DNA of 63,440 bases, filler included, from Basidiobolus ranarum (lineage: Eukaryota), in assembly GCA_040143965.1 (NCBI GenBank). It is 51 parts of 51 records of this genome, joined end to end, with 100 filler letters (N's around TTAATTAATTAA, not from the genome) between each part and the next. Parts side by side here need not be neighbours in the genome. Positions count along the whole stretch, not along the records: positions 1 to 1,153 come from JASJQH010006213.1; positions 1,254 to 2,406 come from JASJQH010006214.1; positions 2,507 to 3,659 come from JASJQH010006215.1; positions 3,760 to 4,911 come from JASJQH010006216.1; positions 5,012 to 6,163 come from JASJQH010006217.1; positions 6,264 to 7,415 come from JASJQH010006218.1; positions 7,516 to 8,666 come from JASJQH010006219.1; positions 8,767 to 9,917 come from JASJQH010006220.1; 43 more parts are not named here. One strand, given 5' to 3'. Below the pieces are notes generated by a model. The model saw only the letters and a list, made by a program, of their open reading frames with translations. It made no database searches and was not told the DNA's origin. How positions within the stretch are numbered: position 1 is the stretch's first letter; each line of letters begins with the position of its first letter. Positions 1-11,268 of this stretch are shown here, one piece after another. A program made the position numbers and the translations under genes.

Positions 1-1153
1 GCGACATCCAAGTATTGTTGCCATTGTTCAGATGCAGCAATAATTGCTAAAAGTTCCTTGTCATAGATGTCATAGTTGATTTCTGTGGCAGAGAACTTTC
101 TTGAGTAAAAGGCAACAGGGTGCAGTAAGTTGTCATCATCAAACTGTGATAGTACTGCCTCTAGAGCAAAGTCAAATGCATCAGTTTCAACAATAAATGG
201 CTTGTCTAGCTTGGGATGTGCCAAGATTGATGCTGAGGTAAAAGCACTCTTTAAAGTTACAAATGCTTGTTGGCAAAATGGGTTCCAGCCAAATGGGAGT
301 TCTTTTTTTGTCAGGTTTGTTGATGGAGCAGATATTTTGGAATAGTTCTTAACAAACCGTTGGTAAAAGTTTGCAAATCCAAGGAAAGATTGGACATCTT
401 TCACATTCTTGGGAATATCCCAAAACAGAACAGATTCAACCTTCTTAGGGTCGATGGAGATGCCTGATGGGCTGATGTTATATCCAAGGAATTCAACTTG
501 AGCTTGATCAAATTTGCATTACTCAAGTTTAGCATAAAGCCCAGAGGTTTTCAACTTTTCTAGGACTTGAGAAACATGAATATTATGTTCTTCTTGAGAG
601 CTTGAGAAGATCAAGATATTGTCAAGGTAGATTACCACAAATTGATCAAGATACTCTCTGAAGATATCATTCATCATGTGTTGAAAGACTGCAGGGGCAT
701 TAGTAAGTCCAAATGGCATGACATTGTATTCAAAGTGTCCATAGTGAGTTTGAAAGGCAGTTTTCCATTGGTCTCCAGGTTTGATTCTTACAAGATTATA
801 AGCACCTCTTAGATCAATCTTTGTAAATACCTTGGCTGAAGCAAGCTGATCCAAGAGTGAGTTGATTAATGGCAAGGGGTACCAATTTTTGACTGTAATG
901 CTATTTAGGCCTTGATAATCAACACAGAGACAGAGGGATCCATCCTTTTTCTTAACAAATAAGATTGGAGAGCCTGCTGGGGACTTTGAATGTTGGATAA
1001 ATCCTTTCTCCAGATTTTCTGCAATATACTCTTTCAGAATCTTGAGTTCTGGCTGGGTCAGCCCATATATAGGCCCAAATGGTGGTTGTTTTCCTTCTTG
1101 TAGATCTATAGGGCAATCATATGGGTGGTGAGCTGGGAGTATATCAGATTTCT
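1..1153 (-). mobile_element. Ty3/Gypsy pol fragment (RT into RNase H), degenerate
   Basis: [36 protein letters not shown](D)IL; downstream ETDAFDFAL and PVAFYSRKF; internal stops. Confidence 0.95.
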
Positions 1154-1253
1154 NNNNNNNNNNNNNNNNNNNNNNNNNNNNNNNNNNNNNNNNNNNNTTA
1201 ATTAATTAANNNNNNNNNNNNNNNNNNNNNNNNNNNNNNNNNNNNNNNNNNNN
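1154..1253. other. Artificial contig-joining spacer N44-TTAATTAATTAA-N44 (first of 50 identical copies; last at 62202-62301)
   Basis: Identical 100-nt structure recurs every ~1240-1253 nt; the 12-mer gives stops in all six frames; intervening contigs fall monotonically from 1153 to 1139 bp. Confidence 0.99.
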
Positions 1254-2406
1254 ATTAAGTTCTGCCAAACTGTTGGTAACCAAGCCGAGCTTTACGTCGA
1301 CCGTGGTCAAAAAATTCTTTGCGCACCTGTAGACTTTGCGATCGTAGTAGGATGGAAAGCAATCATCAAGACAATCTTCCCTAAGGTTATTGATGGAGAT
1401 CTTCTTCGATTGGTCCATCTTTCTAATGGATTTAGATTGATCGAAGGTGCATCACTATTAAAACGTGGAGATGTTGTCGATACCGTTTCAGAAATCAAGT
1501 CCATTATCAACACTGAATCTGGAAAAATCGTAGAAGCCAAGGGTGTTGTTATTCGTAACAACAAGCCTGTCATGGAAGTGTCCAGCAAATTTTTGTATCG
1601 TGGCAACTTTACTGATTATGAGAATACTTTCCAAAAAATTGTTGAAACTCCAGTCCGTGTTGTTTTGCAAACTGAAAAGGACATTGCTATCTTAAAAGCC
1701 AAGGAATGGATGAACTGGGAGGAAAATGCCCCTGAAATCACTCCCGGTGCTGATGTTACTTTCCGTTTGAACAGTTTGTTGAAGTACAAGAATAATACTT
1801 TGTATTCTTCTGTTCACACCACCGGTACTGTTACTATGAAGATTTCCACAAAGGAAGTCGTTCAAATCGCTGCTGTTGAATATGAAAGTGGCGAATCCCA
1901 TGGCAATCCTGTAACTGAATATCTCAAACGTGTTGGTCAACCTATTGAACAAGCAGTTAATTTCTCCAATGGCGGGTACTCTGTGATGCCTCAGGGTGAT
2001 GAATTTTCATCTGTATTCAACGCTCCTGCTTCTAATGAGCCTTATGCCATGGTTTCTGGGGATTTCAACCCTATTCACGTCAACCCTTACTTTGCGGACT
2101 TGGCTGAATTACCTGGTACCATAACCCACGGTATGTGGACTAGTGCCTCCACCAAGAAATTCGTTGAAATATTTGCTGCTGACAACTGTCCTCAACGTAT
2201 TACTGCTTATGATGTAAACTTCCAATCTATGGTGCTTCCAAACGATCGCCTTGAGATTAAACTCTCTCATATTGGCATGAAGAATGGAAAGAAGATCATC
2301 AAAGTCGAAACCATCAATCAAAATAATGTCAAGGTTATTGAAGGTATTGCCGAAATTGATCAGCCTGTTACCTCATATGTCTTTACTGGTCAAGGATCTC
2401 AAGAAC
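1254..2406 (+). CDS. FAS1: Fungal type I fatty acid synthase, beta-subunit region (dehydratase/MaoC into MPT start); internal fragment open at both contig ends
   Basis: One open frame from 1254: APVDFAIVVGWKAIIKTIFPKVIDGDLLRLVHLSNGF, SGDFNPIHVNPYFA, LPGTITHGMWTSAS, YVFTGQGSQE. Confidence 0.97.
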
Positions 2407-2507
2407 NNNNNNNNNNNNNNNNNNNNNNNNNNNNNNNNNNNNNNNNNNNNTTAATTAATTAANNNNNNNNNNNNNNNNNNNNNNNNNNNNNNNNNNNNNN
2501 NNNNNNA

Positions 2508-2957
2508 GGTAGTTCAATGGGTCATCAAAGTCCAGTTGGCGGTGGAAGTAGTGACAAGTATGCTGCTCCTGCCAAAGACAGTAGTCCAAGTGGTTATGAA
2601 AGTCCAAACAAGCATGGTGCTTCTGGTGTCACTCGCGATGGTGGCAACAAAGGTAGCAAGGATAATGATAGGTACAAAATTACAACTTCAGGCGGTGATA
2701 CTGGAGGCTCTGGAAAGTCGAGCAACAACACTGGGGACTACACTAAAGGAAGCAAACCAGCATCCCAACCTTCGTGTAATGATATTTGTAACAGCCTAAG
2801 TCTTCTTGGAGTCAAGGTTGACGTTAGCATATGTCTCAGTAAGAAAAACACAGGGCCTACAGCACCAGTATTGTCAGTTAAGCCAGGATGTCCGACTCTA
2901 ATTGCCAATGCTAAGCTACTAGATATTGCCTATGTGGATGTGTCTCTGTGTCACTAA
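2508..2957 (+). CDS. Hypothetical Gly/Ser-rich protein with C-terminal Cys-containing hydrophobic domain; 5'-truncated, possibly secreted or cell-wall
   Basis: Frame open from contig edge; low-complexity G/S/K/N region, then CNDICNSLSLLGVKVDVSICL...GCPTLIANAKLLDIAYVDVSLCH-stop; CpGs retained as in host genes. Confidence 0.65.
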   Translation, partial: GSSMGHQSPVGGGSSDKYAAPAKDSSPSGYESPNKHGASGVTRDGGNKGSKDNDRYKITTSGGDTGGSGKSSNNTGDYTKGSKPASQPSCNDICNSLSLLGVKVDVSICLSKKNTGPTAPVLSVKPGCPTLIANAKLLDIAYVDVSLCH

Positions 2958-3530
2958 GTAAAAGTTAAGGAGGTTGTTTTGCAGGTCAAACCACTCTCTA
3001 TCTACATGAGGTTGAGGTATAGGAAATAAAAGAAAAAATGTGTGGCTTGAGCAATAGCTGATATACTTTGCAGATTTGAAGCCATTTCTATGTAACAAAT
3101 AGGTCTTTATAACTGTAATTGAACATAATGAGAATACTAGGTGAAAGAGTGAACATATTCAGAATTTTAGGTGAATGAGTGAGCCACTTGCTATTAGAAT
3201 GCTCGTAGTCCCTATATATATGTTAGTATACTTGTGGAGATGATAAAGCGAAGCAAACTTCGATTTCAAAAACCTCCATTTTTTTATGCATTGGGGTTGT
3301 GTATCTGAGATTCTATACATTACTTCTTGTGAAGAATGACTTGAGCTCCCTGTCGCTTTACCTCTTTCATTTGTCAGATAGCAGATGATCAGTTCAAGTG
3401 TCAAAAAATTGATATTTAAATGCCGATATAGACAATGTATTGTTGAATTTATACTTTGTGTTCAGTTATTGCAGATGAGTTTTTAAGATATGATGAATGG
3501 AAGCCACCACTGACAAAATTGATACTAAAT

Positions 3531-3580
3531 TGTGGGTATAATTTATTATGTGGGTATAATTTATTATGTGGAATATAATA
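3531..3580. repeat. 18-bp tandem repeat, ~2.7 copies (TGTGGGTATAATTTATTA)
   Basis: Two exact copies plus a partial divergent third. Confidence 0.8.
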
Positions 3581-3759
3581 CTATTAATACATACATCTCA
3601 GTAGATAGGATCTCTATTTAATCTTGATAATGTAATTCTATGTCAATCCTACCAGTCCCNNNNNNNNNNNNNNNNNNNNNNNNNNNNNNNNNNNNNNNNN
3701 NNNTTAATTAATTAANNNNNNNNNNNNNNNNNNNNNNNNNNNNNNNNNNNNNNNNNNNN

Positions 3760-4678
3760 GCAGCAGTTAAACTGATTCTTGGATATTTGAAGGGGACAAT
3801 TTATCTGGGATTAAGATACACATATTCTTATGAGAATAAGGAGCTAATTGGGTTTAGTAATGCAGATTGGGGATTTGATATTGAGAACAGATGATCCATC
3901 ACTGTATATATCATTCTCTTCAGTGAAGTAGCCATATCTTGGAATAGCAGGAAAAAACCCACCATGGCACTTTCAACAACTGAAGCAGAGTAAATAGCAG
4001 CATCATACAAAACAAAGAAGGCAATGTGGTAAAGATGTTGAAATTAGCTTTGCCTAAACACCTATATAGTCATATATAGCTTAGTAATTAGTCATCTTAT
4101 AGTTCACTAAGATATTTTCCATTATTCTCAATTAGAACTTACTTGGAATATTCTTACCAACTTAAAAGTTCTTGGATATGTAAATTTTTCAAACTTGTGC
4201 TAGAAGCCCTAAACTTTGCACACATATTCCTGAGACCTTCCTTAACACATTCTACATATTTGTTTGTTTACATCTTGACAAAACTATAAATGTCAACTTT
4301 CCACCTAATAAATCAATAAGTGAGAACAACCAATTCCTCTAATTCTCCAAACCACTTCCAACAAGATGCCAAATACTTTAACAAAAGGAAACTGTCCAAA
4401 GACTAGGGCATTTTTCAAAGTTCACCCACCATGATTTTCAAGGATAATCCAAGTTGTATTTCTTTAGCTAAAAATGCCAAATATAATGCTAGAAGTAAGC
4501 ACATTGACATTCAACATCACTTTGTTTGGGAAGCTATTGAGAGTAAGCACATCCAATTAGAGTACTATCCAACTGGGGACATAATTGCTGACATCCTTAC
4601 CAATCTATTACACAGGCCAAAATTTGAACAATTAAGATTTAAGTTAGGAACAAGATATATGAATATTAAGTTGAGTGC
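3760..4678 (+). mobile_element. Ty1/Copia RT-end/RNase H fragment interrupted by a solo LTR
   Basis: ISWNSRKKPTMALSTTEAE, KDNPSCI, RSKHIDIQHHF, ADILT; frame restored when 4036-4388 is removed. Confidence 0.93.
4036..4383 (+). mobile_element. Solo LTR, Copia family LTR-A (348 bp)
   Basis: TGTTGAAATTAGC...TTTAACA; 5-bp TSD AAAGA/AAAGG; internal TATAAA. Confidence 0.93.
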
Positions 4679-4911
4679 TGTTAAAGTATTTGGGAGCCTG
4701 TAGGAAGTGGTTTGGAGAATTAGAGGAATTGGTGGTTTTCACTTATTGATTTATTGGGTAGAAAGTTGACATTTATAGTTTTGTCAAGATGTAAACAAAA
4801 TAACGTATAGAATATGTTAAGGAAGGTCCCAGGCACATGTGTGCAAAGTTTGGGGCTTCTAGCACAAGTTTGAAAAATCTATATATCTGAGAACTTCTAA
4901 GTTGGTAAAAA
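4679..4911 (-). mobile_element. LTR-A, partial, inverted, inserted at the host element's PPT
   Basis: Starts TGTTAAAGTATTTGGGAGCC (reverse complement of LTR-A 3' end) right after AGTTGAGTG. Confidence 0.88.
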
Positions 4912-5011
4912 NNNNNNNNNNNNNNNNNNNNNNNNNNNNNNNNNNNNNNNNNNNNTTAATTAATTAANNNNNNNNNNNNNNNNNNNNNNNNNNNNNNNNN
5001 NNNNNNNNNNN

Positions 5012-6163
5012 CTCTGGGGACATGTATTTGACACTAAAAAATGTGCTATATGCACCTTGGATAGCAAAAAATTTGTAATCAGTGAGTAAAGCTACATCTG
5101 AGGGATATAGCTTTAATTTTGATCCAAATGGCTGTACAATCAGGTATCAAAAAGGGAATTACGTAGCTTCTGGAGCTAAGCAAAATATCTTGTATAAACT
5201 TCATTATATTAGGCCAATATAAGAACAAGTTCATACTGCCACAGCTGAAGAGATAAATGGGAAAATCTGGCATAGGAGATTGGGTCATCTAGGGGCTGAA
5301 AATATGAGAAATTCAATCAAAAACAAGAAGATTTTGGGACTAAATTATGTAATTCCACCGGATCTGGAGCTATGTGAAGGCTGCATATATGGTATGCAAC
5401 ACAGACAGCTGTTTGTGAGCTCTGGAATGAGCAAAATTGTTCAAAAATTGGTCCTGATACCCTCAGATCTGTGTGGCCCAATGCAGACAAAATCCTTAGG
5501 CAGAAAAAGGTATTTTATGACCTTTATTGATGATAAGACAAAGTATACTTGGGTATACTTTCTGGCCAGTAAGGATGAAGCCTTTGATACCTTCAAGAAA
5601 TTCAAAGCAATGGTGGAGACTGAAACAGGTCTCAAGACTAAGATTATCCATACTGATAATGAAGGGAAATATACCTCAAAACTCTTGTCTAACTTCTGCT
5701 CAACACATGGGATAAAACAGCAGAATACAGTACCATATTCTTCACAGCAGAATGGAGTAGCAGAACATGCAACCAGATCAATAATGGAAAAGGCAGGATC
5801 AATGCTTCATGATCAAGATTTACCAAAATAGTTCTGGGCTGAATTGGTTGCAACTGCAGTATATATTAGGAATATATGTGCTTCAAGGTCACTATTAGCT
5901 ATGACACCTTATCAAGCTTGGTCAGGAAGTAAGCCTGATGTGGCTAAACTCAGAGTGGCTGGAAGTACCACATATACAATGATTCCAGACCACAAGAGAT
6001 CAAAATCAGACCAAAAAAGCCAGAAATGTCTTTTTTTTGGGATATTGTGATGGGACAAAAGGGTACAGAATTTATGACACTGAAAAAGAGTCTAATCAAG
6101 TCTAGGGATGTGGACTTTGCTCAAAAAGAAAAATTTATCACTCAAAGCAATCCAGGATCAACA
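5012..6163 (+). mobile_element. Copia GAG-pre-integrase plus integrase, degenerate
   Basis: WHRRLGHLG, CEGC, SDLCGPMQ, FIDDKT, TDNEG, QQNGVAE. Confidence 0.95.
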
Positions 6164-6263
6164 NNNNNNNNNNNNNNNNNNNNNNNNNNNNNNNNNNNNN
6201 NNNNNNNTTAATTAATTAANNNNNNNNNNNNNNNNNNNNNNNNNNNNNNNNNNNNNNNNNNNN

Positions 6264-6975
6264 TTGCTCAACTATTGATTTACTACATAATTGGGGGATT
6301 AAAATATCTTCACTTGCACTATCACTGGAAAGGAACACATCTGGTAAAATGATCAATGCTTCATCATTACTTGAGTTAGTTTCAAATATGTTAATGCCTG
6401 CCAAAGCATATAGTGGATCACTAGACTGCTCATCAATTAAGTCCTCTGTTCTTGCTGGTTTTTTTCCTTTTGTGCCAGCAGGCTCTTGCTTAGAAGCCAA
6501 TTCTGATTTAGATTTTGAATGCTTTTTGAATGGCATTGAAATTTTCAGATGGTAAACTTGGGGTAATGAAATTGCTTACAAACTTCTTATACCAAACCAA
6601 AATTGCCATCCATAACCAAAAATAACTTGTAAATCCCCCAATGACTCATCTGCAATGCTGTCTCAGAATTGGCTGATGATATTGATGGGCTATACCTAAA
6701 ATACCCCCCTTACATAAAAGATGTTCTTTTTTCTACAATATCCTAGTCATGCTGCAACACAAACATTCAAAGAAGCCCAGCTATTGTTCTCACAAATTCT
6801 TGTGCTATGAAAGCTGGAGGCTTCATAGTAAAAACCACAAGCATGGTCACTGTACATAGACACCAGCTGCACAAAGCCTGGTGATTATCAACTGTAATAA
6901 GTGCACAAAATAGACTTTAGTTTTGCCTACTGAGTCCACTGGCTGTGCTTTGCCTCAGAGTTTTGATAACACAGC
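6264..6975 (+). mobile_element. CMC/EnSpm element internal piece: ORF2 5' end (minus), divergent spacer, transposase 5' end (plus)
   Basis: Matches 26264-27410; ORF2 MPFKKHSKSKSELASK at 6536(-); transposase ATG at about 6749(+). Confidence 0.85.
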
Positions 6976-7051
6976 TGTCACAACAAGGAACTGGACAGTG
7001 ACTGGAAACAAAAACTAGAGGCTAGAAAGTAGGAGGGTACTTAGGTGTAGA
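6976..7051 (-). mobile_element. LTR end (family LTR-G), interrupted by LTR-B
   Basis: TGTCACAACAAGGAACTG... is the reverse complement of 43041-43115 (...TTGTGACA). Confidence 0.65.
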
Positions 7052-7415
7052 TATTGGGAAAATATGGGCTGTTTGGAGGGACTTTAGAAAAGTGGAGTTG
7101 TAAATAGCTTTGTGAGATAATTATTTATTGTCCAGAAGTGAAGCATTTATACATTTTGGTGGAAATACAGAAAACTAACACTGGGGTTGAGTTCAGAACA
7201 TCTGTGGCAGTACAATGAGCTATCTTTAGGGCAATTTGGACAAGTTTGAAATTTCCAATATGGAATTGCTAATTCTCACATTGTTCACATATATATATAA
7301 TATATGTTTGATTTTCAGCAAAGTGATTTTTGACTAAGTAATGTTAACTAACTTATATGTGATATATGAAATAGTTGGGTGTATAAAGATTGAGATTACA
7401 AATATTATAAAGACA
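7052..7415 (-). mobile_element. Copia LTR-B, near complete
   Basis: Begins TATTGGGAAAATATGGGCTG; matches 40560-40937. Confidence 0.9.
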
Positions 7416-7515
7416 NNNNNNNNNNNNNNNNNNNNNNNNNNNNNNNNNNNNNNNNNNNNTTAATTAATTAANNNNNNNNNNNNNNNNNNNNNNNNNNNNN
7501 NNNNNNNNNNNNNNN

Positions 7516-8202
7516 ATTAGTCCCAAAGGTAAAGGTAAGCAAAAAGCCACACAAACACCACAAAGCACCCTCAGTAGTGTCACACTACAAGGATGTACAA
7601 AAATAGTCAAAGTGCTTGAGGGGTATTTTCAAAAGTATGAAGGGAAAAATGCTGTGCAAGTATGCGGAAAGTGGCTTCAGAAGAAGAACATTCAACTTGA
7701 CATTCAGTCTGGTGGTGACCATGCAGATATCTGGGAAGAACTTAATACATAGTGGCACAATATCACAGGGTATCCGCAAGATAGCTGGAAGAATGTTGAT
7801 TCAGCAACAATAATACAATGGTGGGCTTTGATGGAGATATTGACACAAACTCATGTTGGGTATGAGCTAAACCTTGGGTATGGAGAACTCTATAAAAATA
7901 TTCAAGAGAATAGATCAAAGAGACTAGGGATTTTGAAGGTGACAAATTAGCATTCAAGTAGTAATTGTGTAAAATTTGAGTTACGTTTTTGGCACATGTG
8001 TTGATCCATAGTTCTCTGAGATTTTAGCCAATCATTTGCAACTATTTTGTGAGATCTTGAAATTTCACTCCTGAAACTGAAAAAATTGATTAAAATCAAA
8101 TCTAACTTGATGATTTTAGGACAGTAAGTAAATGGTCAATCCCAAATGGATTAAAATTGTGATGGTTTTCCTACAATAACAATCCTCAAATATCTGTTAG
8201 GG
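7516..8202 (-). mobile_element. CMC element ORF2 C-terminus (read on +) and ORF2-side terminus
   Basis: Plus frame ISPKGKGKQKATQ...WWALMEILTQTHVGYELNLGY...KVTN-stop continues ORF2 of 54864-55786; ends ...TCTGTTAGGG against Copia gag. Confidence 0.85.
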
Positions 8203-8666
8203 ATTATCAAGTCTGGAAAATTAAAATGAACATGCTGCCGCAAGAAAAAGCACTTTGGGACATTGTTATAGGAGAAGAAAAGAGTGCAAAACTATCTGAA
8301 ACAAAAGTTTTACTCCAGGTTAAAAAAGAACAAAGTGCCTTAACACAATTTGTCTTAATGTTAAAGACAAATTGCTAATTCAATGTTCAAGAGCTAAAAC
8401 TGCCAAAAAGGTATGGAAAGCCTTGGAAGACACCAACCAAACAAGTTCTGCTGCCAACAAGGTGCTTCTAAGAAGACAATTCTTTAACTCAAAGACAAAG
8501 CCAGGTGAAGACATTAAATCACTCATTAATAGAGTTACTGTTTTAGAGGATGAAATGGAATGCTTTGGAGTACTTACCACTGATCAAGATATCATAGTTA
8601 CAGTTCTGAAAAGCCTGCCACACAAGTTTCAGAGCCTAGTAATGGCTCTAGAATCAAGATCTGAAA
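8203..8666 (+). mobile_element. Copia gag fragment
   Basis: YQVWKIKMN...ALWDIV, TAKKVWKAL, LRRQFFN, VLKSLPHKFQSLVMALE. Confidence 0.9.
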
Positions 8667-8927
8667 NNNNNNNNNNNNNNNNNNNNNNNNNNNNNNNNNN
8701 NNNNNNNNNNTTAATTAATTAANNNNNNNNNNNNNNNNNNNNNNNNNNNNNNNNNNNNNNNNNNNNGACTGGAACCTATCTTGCCAACAAGCATTTGTAA
8801 CTTTAAAGAGTGCTTTTACCCCAGCACAAATCCTGGCACATCCCAAGCTAGACAAGCCATTTATTATTCAAACTGATGCATCCAACTTTGCTCTAGGAGC
8901 AGTACTATCACAGTTTGATGATGATAA

Positions 8928-9209
8928 TGTTGAAATTATTTAGGTAGAAATATTGGTCTGGCCAGGATTTGAACCTGGGACCTCCTTCAATGTAGTAAGG
9001 TGCTCTAACCACTGAGCTACCAGTCCTTGTATGCTATGCCTATATTGCTAGGGAACCTTAACCTAGTCTGTCAATGTATGGTACTTTGGCATTTCAACTA
9101 TAAAAGCAACTGATTGGCCTTAGACTTTGTGTTCAGATGCAGTCACCATACTCCATATTTTCCCCTTTAGGAATTACTGCTTGTACCACAAGTCACCAGA
9201 CTTTCAACA
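8928..9209 (+). mobile_element. Solo LTR (282 bp, family LTR-E) containing a tRNA-like sequence
   Basis: Perfect 8-bp TIR TGTTGAAA...TTTCAACA; flanks GATAA/GTCAA are each one change from GACAA in the uninterrupted homolog (contig 1); TATAAAA at 9099. Confidence 0.88.
8954..9026 (-). pseudogene. tRNA-like sequence (73 nt) inside the LTR; isotype unreliable (nominal anticodon ACA)
   Basis: GGACTGG-TA-GCTC-AGTGGTTA-GAGC-A-CCTTA-CTACATT-GAAGG-AGGTC-CCAGG-TTCAAAT-CCTGG-CCAGACC-A; perfect D and T stems, one mismatch each in acceptor and anticodon stems; A and B boxes present. Confidence 0.88.
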
Positions 9210-10017
9210 GTCAACTTACTGCACCTTGTTGCCTTTTACTCAAGAAAATTCTCTGCCACAGAAATCAACTACAACATCAATGACAAGGAACTTTTAGCAA
9301 TTATTGCTGCATTGGAACAATGGCAACAATACTTGGATGGAGCAAATCACAAAATCACATTTTATTGTGATAATATCAATCTTCAGTATTTTAGTACAAC
9401 CAAAGTTCTCAACCATCATTGAGCAAGATGGTCCTTATTTCTTGCCAGTTTTGATTTTGTGATTACATTTTGACCAGGTAGCCAGCAAGGAAAGCCTGAT
9501 GCCTAATCATGTAGAGCAGAATATCAGCCTAAAGGATGGGATGAGGACTTTGGCCAGCAAAATACTTCCTTAATGAAGCCCCACCAACTTCAAATTAGTG
9601 CAACTGCCCTTTCTCTTCCTAGTTCAAGCACATTCCATTAAGACATCTGCACACTCCAATCTGAAGATCCATTGTTAATATTAATCAACAAAGCCCAGGA
9701 AACACCCAAAGACCTCTAAAGCTTAAACCTGTACCACCATTTCTCTATCAACAATGATCTCTTGCTTTATAAGAAGCACCTTTACATTCCAGACCAAGCT
9801 TCCAGACTCAAATTCTAGCCGCAAACCCACAACTCTCTACTGGCAGGACACTTTGGTGTTGCCAAATCATATATGTTGGCATCCAGGGATCATTGATGGC
9901 CCAAAATGCTTGCATTTNNNNNNNNNNNNNNNNNNNNNNNNNNNNNNNNNNNNNNNNNNNNTTAATTAATTAANNNNNNNNNNNNNNNNNNNNNNNNNNN
10001 NNNNNNNNNNNNNNNNN

Positions 10018-10124
10018 CAAAATGTATAAATGCTTAATTTCTGGTCAATAAATAATTATCTCACAAAGCTATTCACAACTCCACTTTTCTAAAGTTCCTC
10101 CAAACAGCCCATATTTTCCCAATA
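10018..10124 (+). mobile_element. LTR-B 3' end
   Basis: Ends ...CATATTTTCCCAATA, then Copia RT sequence resumes. Confidence 0.88.
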
Positions 10125-10573
10125 ACAGGATGGAGAATTGCAAGCCAGCAGCAACTCCCATGGATCCAAGTGTGAAACTAGTCAAAATCCTATCAAAAAG
10201 GATGAAAATTGGCCAAATATGGCTCAAAATATGTGATTTGAAAGCCATGAGTTCCCTTAGCAATATATGGTAGGTAGTTTGATTGACGCTATGACTGGAA
10301 CCCAGCCAGATACCTTGTTTGCAGTAGGATGAGTCAGCCAACATGTGCAAAATCCAGCATCTGAGCATTATGCAGCAGTTAAGTGGATTTTCAGATATTT
10401 GAAGGGGACAATTGATTTGGGATTAAGATACACATATTCTTGTGAGAATAAGGTTCTAGTTGGGTTCAGTGATGCAGATTAGGGATGTGATATTGAGGAT
10501 AGAAGATCCATCACTGGATATGCCTTTCCCTACAGTGAAGCTGCCATATCTTGGAACAGCAAGAAACAATCCA
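10125..10573 (+). mobile_element. Copia RT C-terminus / RNase H start, degenerate
   Basis: MENCKPAATPMD, AVKWIFRYLKGT, GFSDAD, DRRSITGY, ISWNSKKQS. Confidence 0.92.
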
Positions 10574-11168
10574 CCCTAACAAAAATAAAATCAATCAGAT
10601 CTGGATTGGTTCCACACTTCTAAATTGCAAAATCATCCAAAAACGGTCACATTATTGGTGGCTTGCATTCTGCCAAGGATTTTGATGGTGTGATGGTGTT
10701 TTCTTGATGGTATTACAACAGTGTTCATACATGTTTAAATATTGATCAACATATTTGTCATGCCTTATTAATTTCCAGGAATTTTTACAAAACATAATTT
10801 TCAAATGGCAAGTTACTGGGTTTACTGCTGTAGGAATTCAAATTAATCTACATCTCTTTATTTATTTTAGGCTTTGTATTCCAGCCATAATGAGAATCAA
10901 AAAATGCAAGAACAACATTGTGTTTAGTCTCTACATATGCACATACTTGACTGATCAGACATAACTCAACAACATCAATAAACTTCACCAGCAAACTAAC
11001 CATGGGAAAATTGCTAAACATCTGAAATTTCAAATAGCACTGACATTTGGCAAATAGCTGACTCTTATTACCATTGACAATGACAATAAGCTCTTGGATT
11101 TTGGCAAATTTCCATAAAGAATTCAGTCAATATATCCCCAACTTGCAGTCAACAAATGTCCTGCCACA
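10574..11168 (-). mobile_element. CMC element transposase-side terminus and transposase C-terminus
   Basis: Starts CCCTAACAAAAATAAAAT; 11100-11168 is the reverse complement of the end of transposase contig 41204-42346. Confidence 0.85.
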
Positions 11169-11268
11169 NNNNNNNNNNNNNNNNNNNNNNNNNNNNNNNN
11201 NNNNNNNNNNNNTTAATTAATTAANNNNNNNNNNNNNNNNNNNNNNNNNNNNNNNNNNNNNNNNNNNN

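Larger units (their letters stand above)
8767..9917 (+). mobile_element. Ty3/Gypsy RNase H to integrase zinc-binding region, degenerate, with solo-LTR insertion
   Basis: QTDASNFALGAVLSQ, VAFYSRKF, NYNINDKELLAII, ARWSLFL, LLAGHFGVAK. Confidence 0.92.

Noticed and set aside
1198-1209. Regularly spaced TTAATTAATTAA as a CRISPR-like or biological repeat array
   Set aside because: Always embedded in exactly 44+44 N; a synthetic all-frame-stop linker.
1206-2321. Short antisense ORFs over FAS (and over pol, transposase and tRNA loci), and ORFs ending XXX-LIN
   Set aside because: Shadow frames of real features, or read-through into N spacers.
7574-7588. GTAGTG-TCA-CACTAC as CACTA termini (also near 55659)
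   Set aside because: Lies in frame within ORF2 (SSVTLQ) with conserved flanks in both copies; the true ends map to CCCTAAC.
8954-9026. Functional tRNA-Cys(ACA) gene
   Set aside because: Mismatches in acceptor and anticodon stems, atypical anticodon loop, located within an LTR; reported as tRNA-like only.
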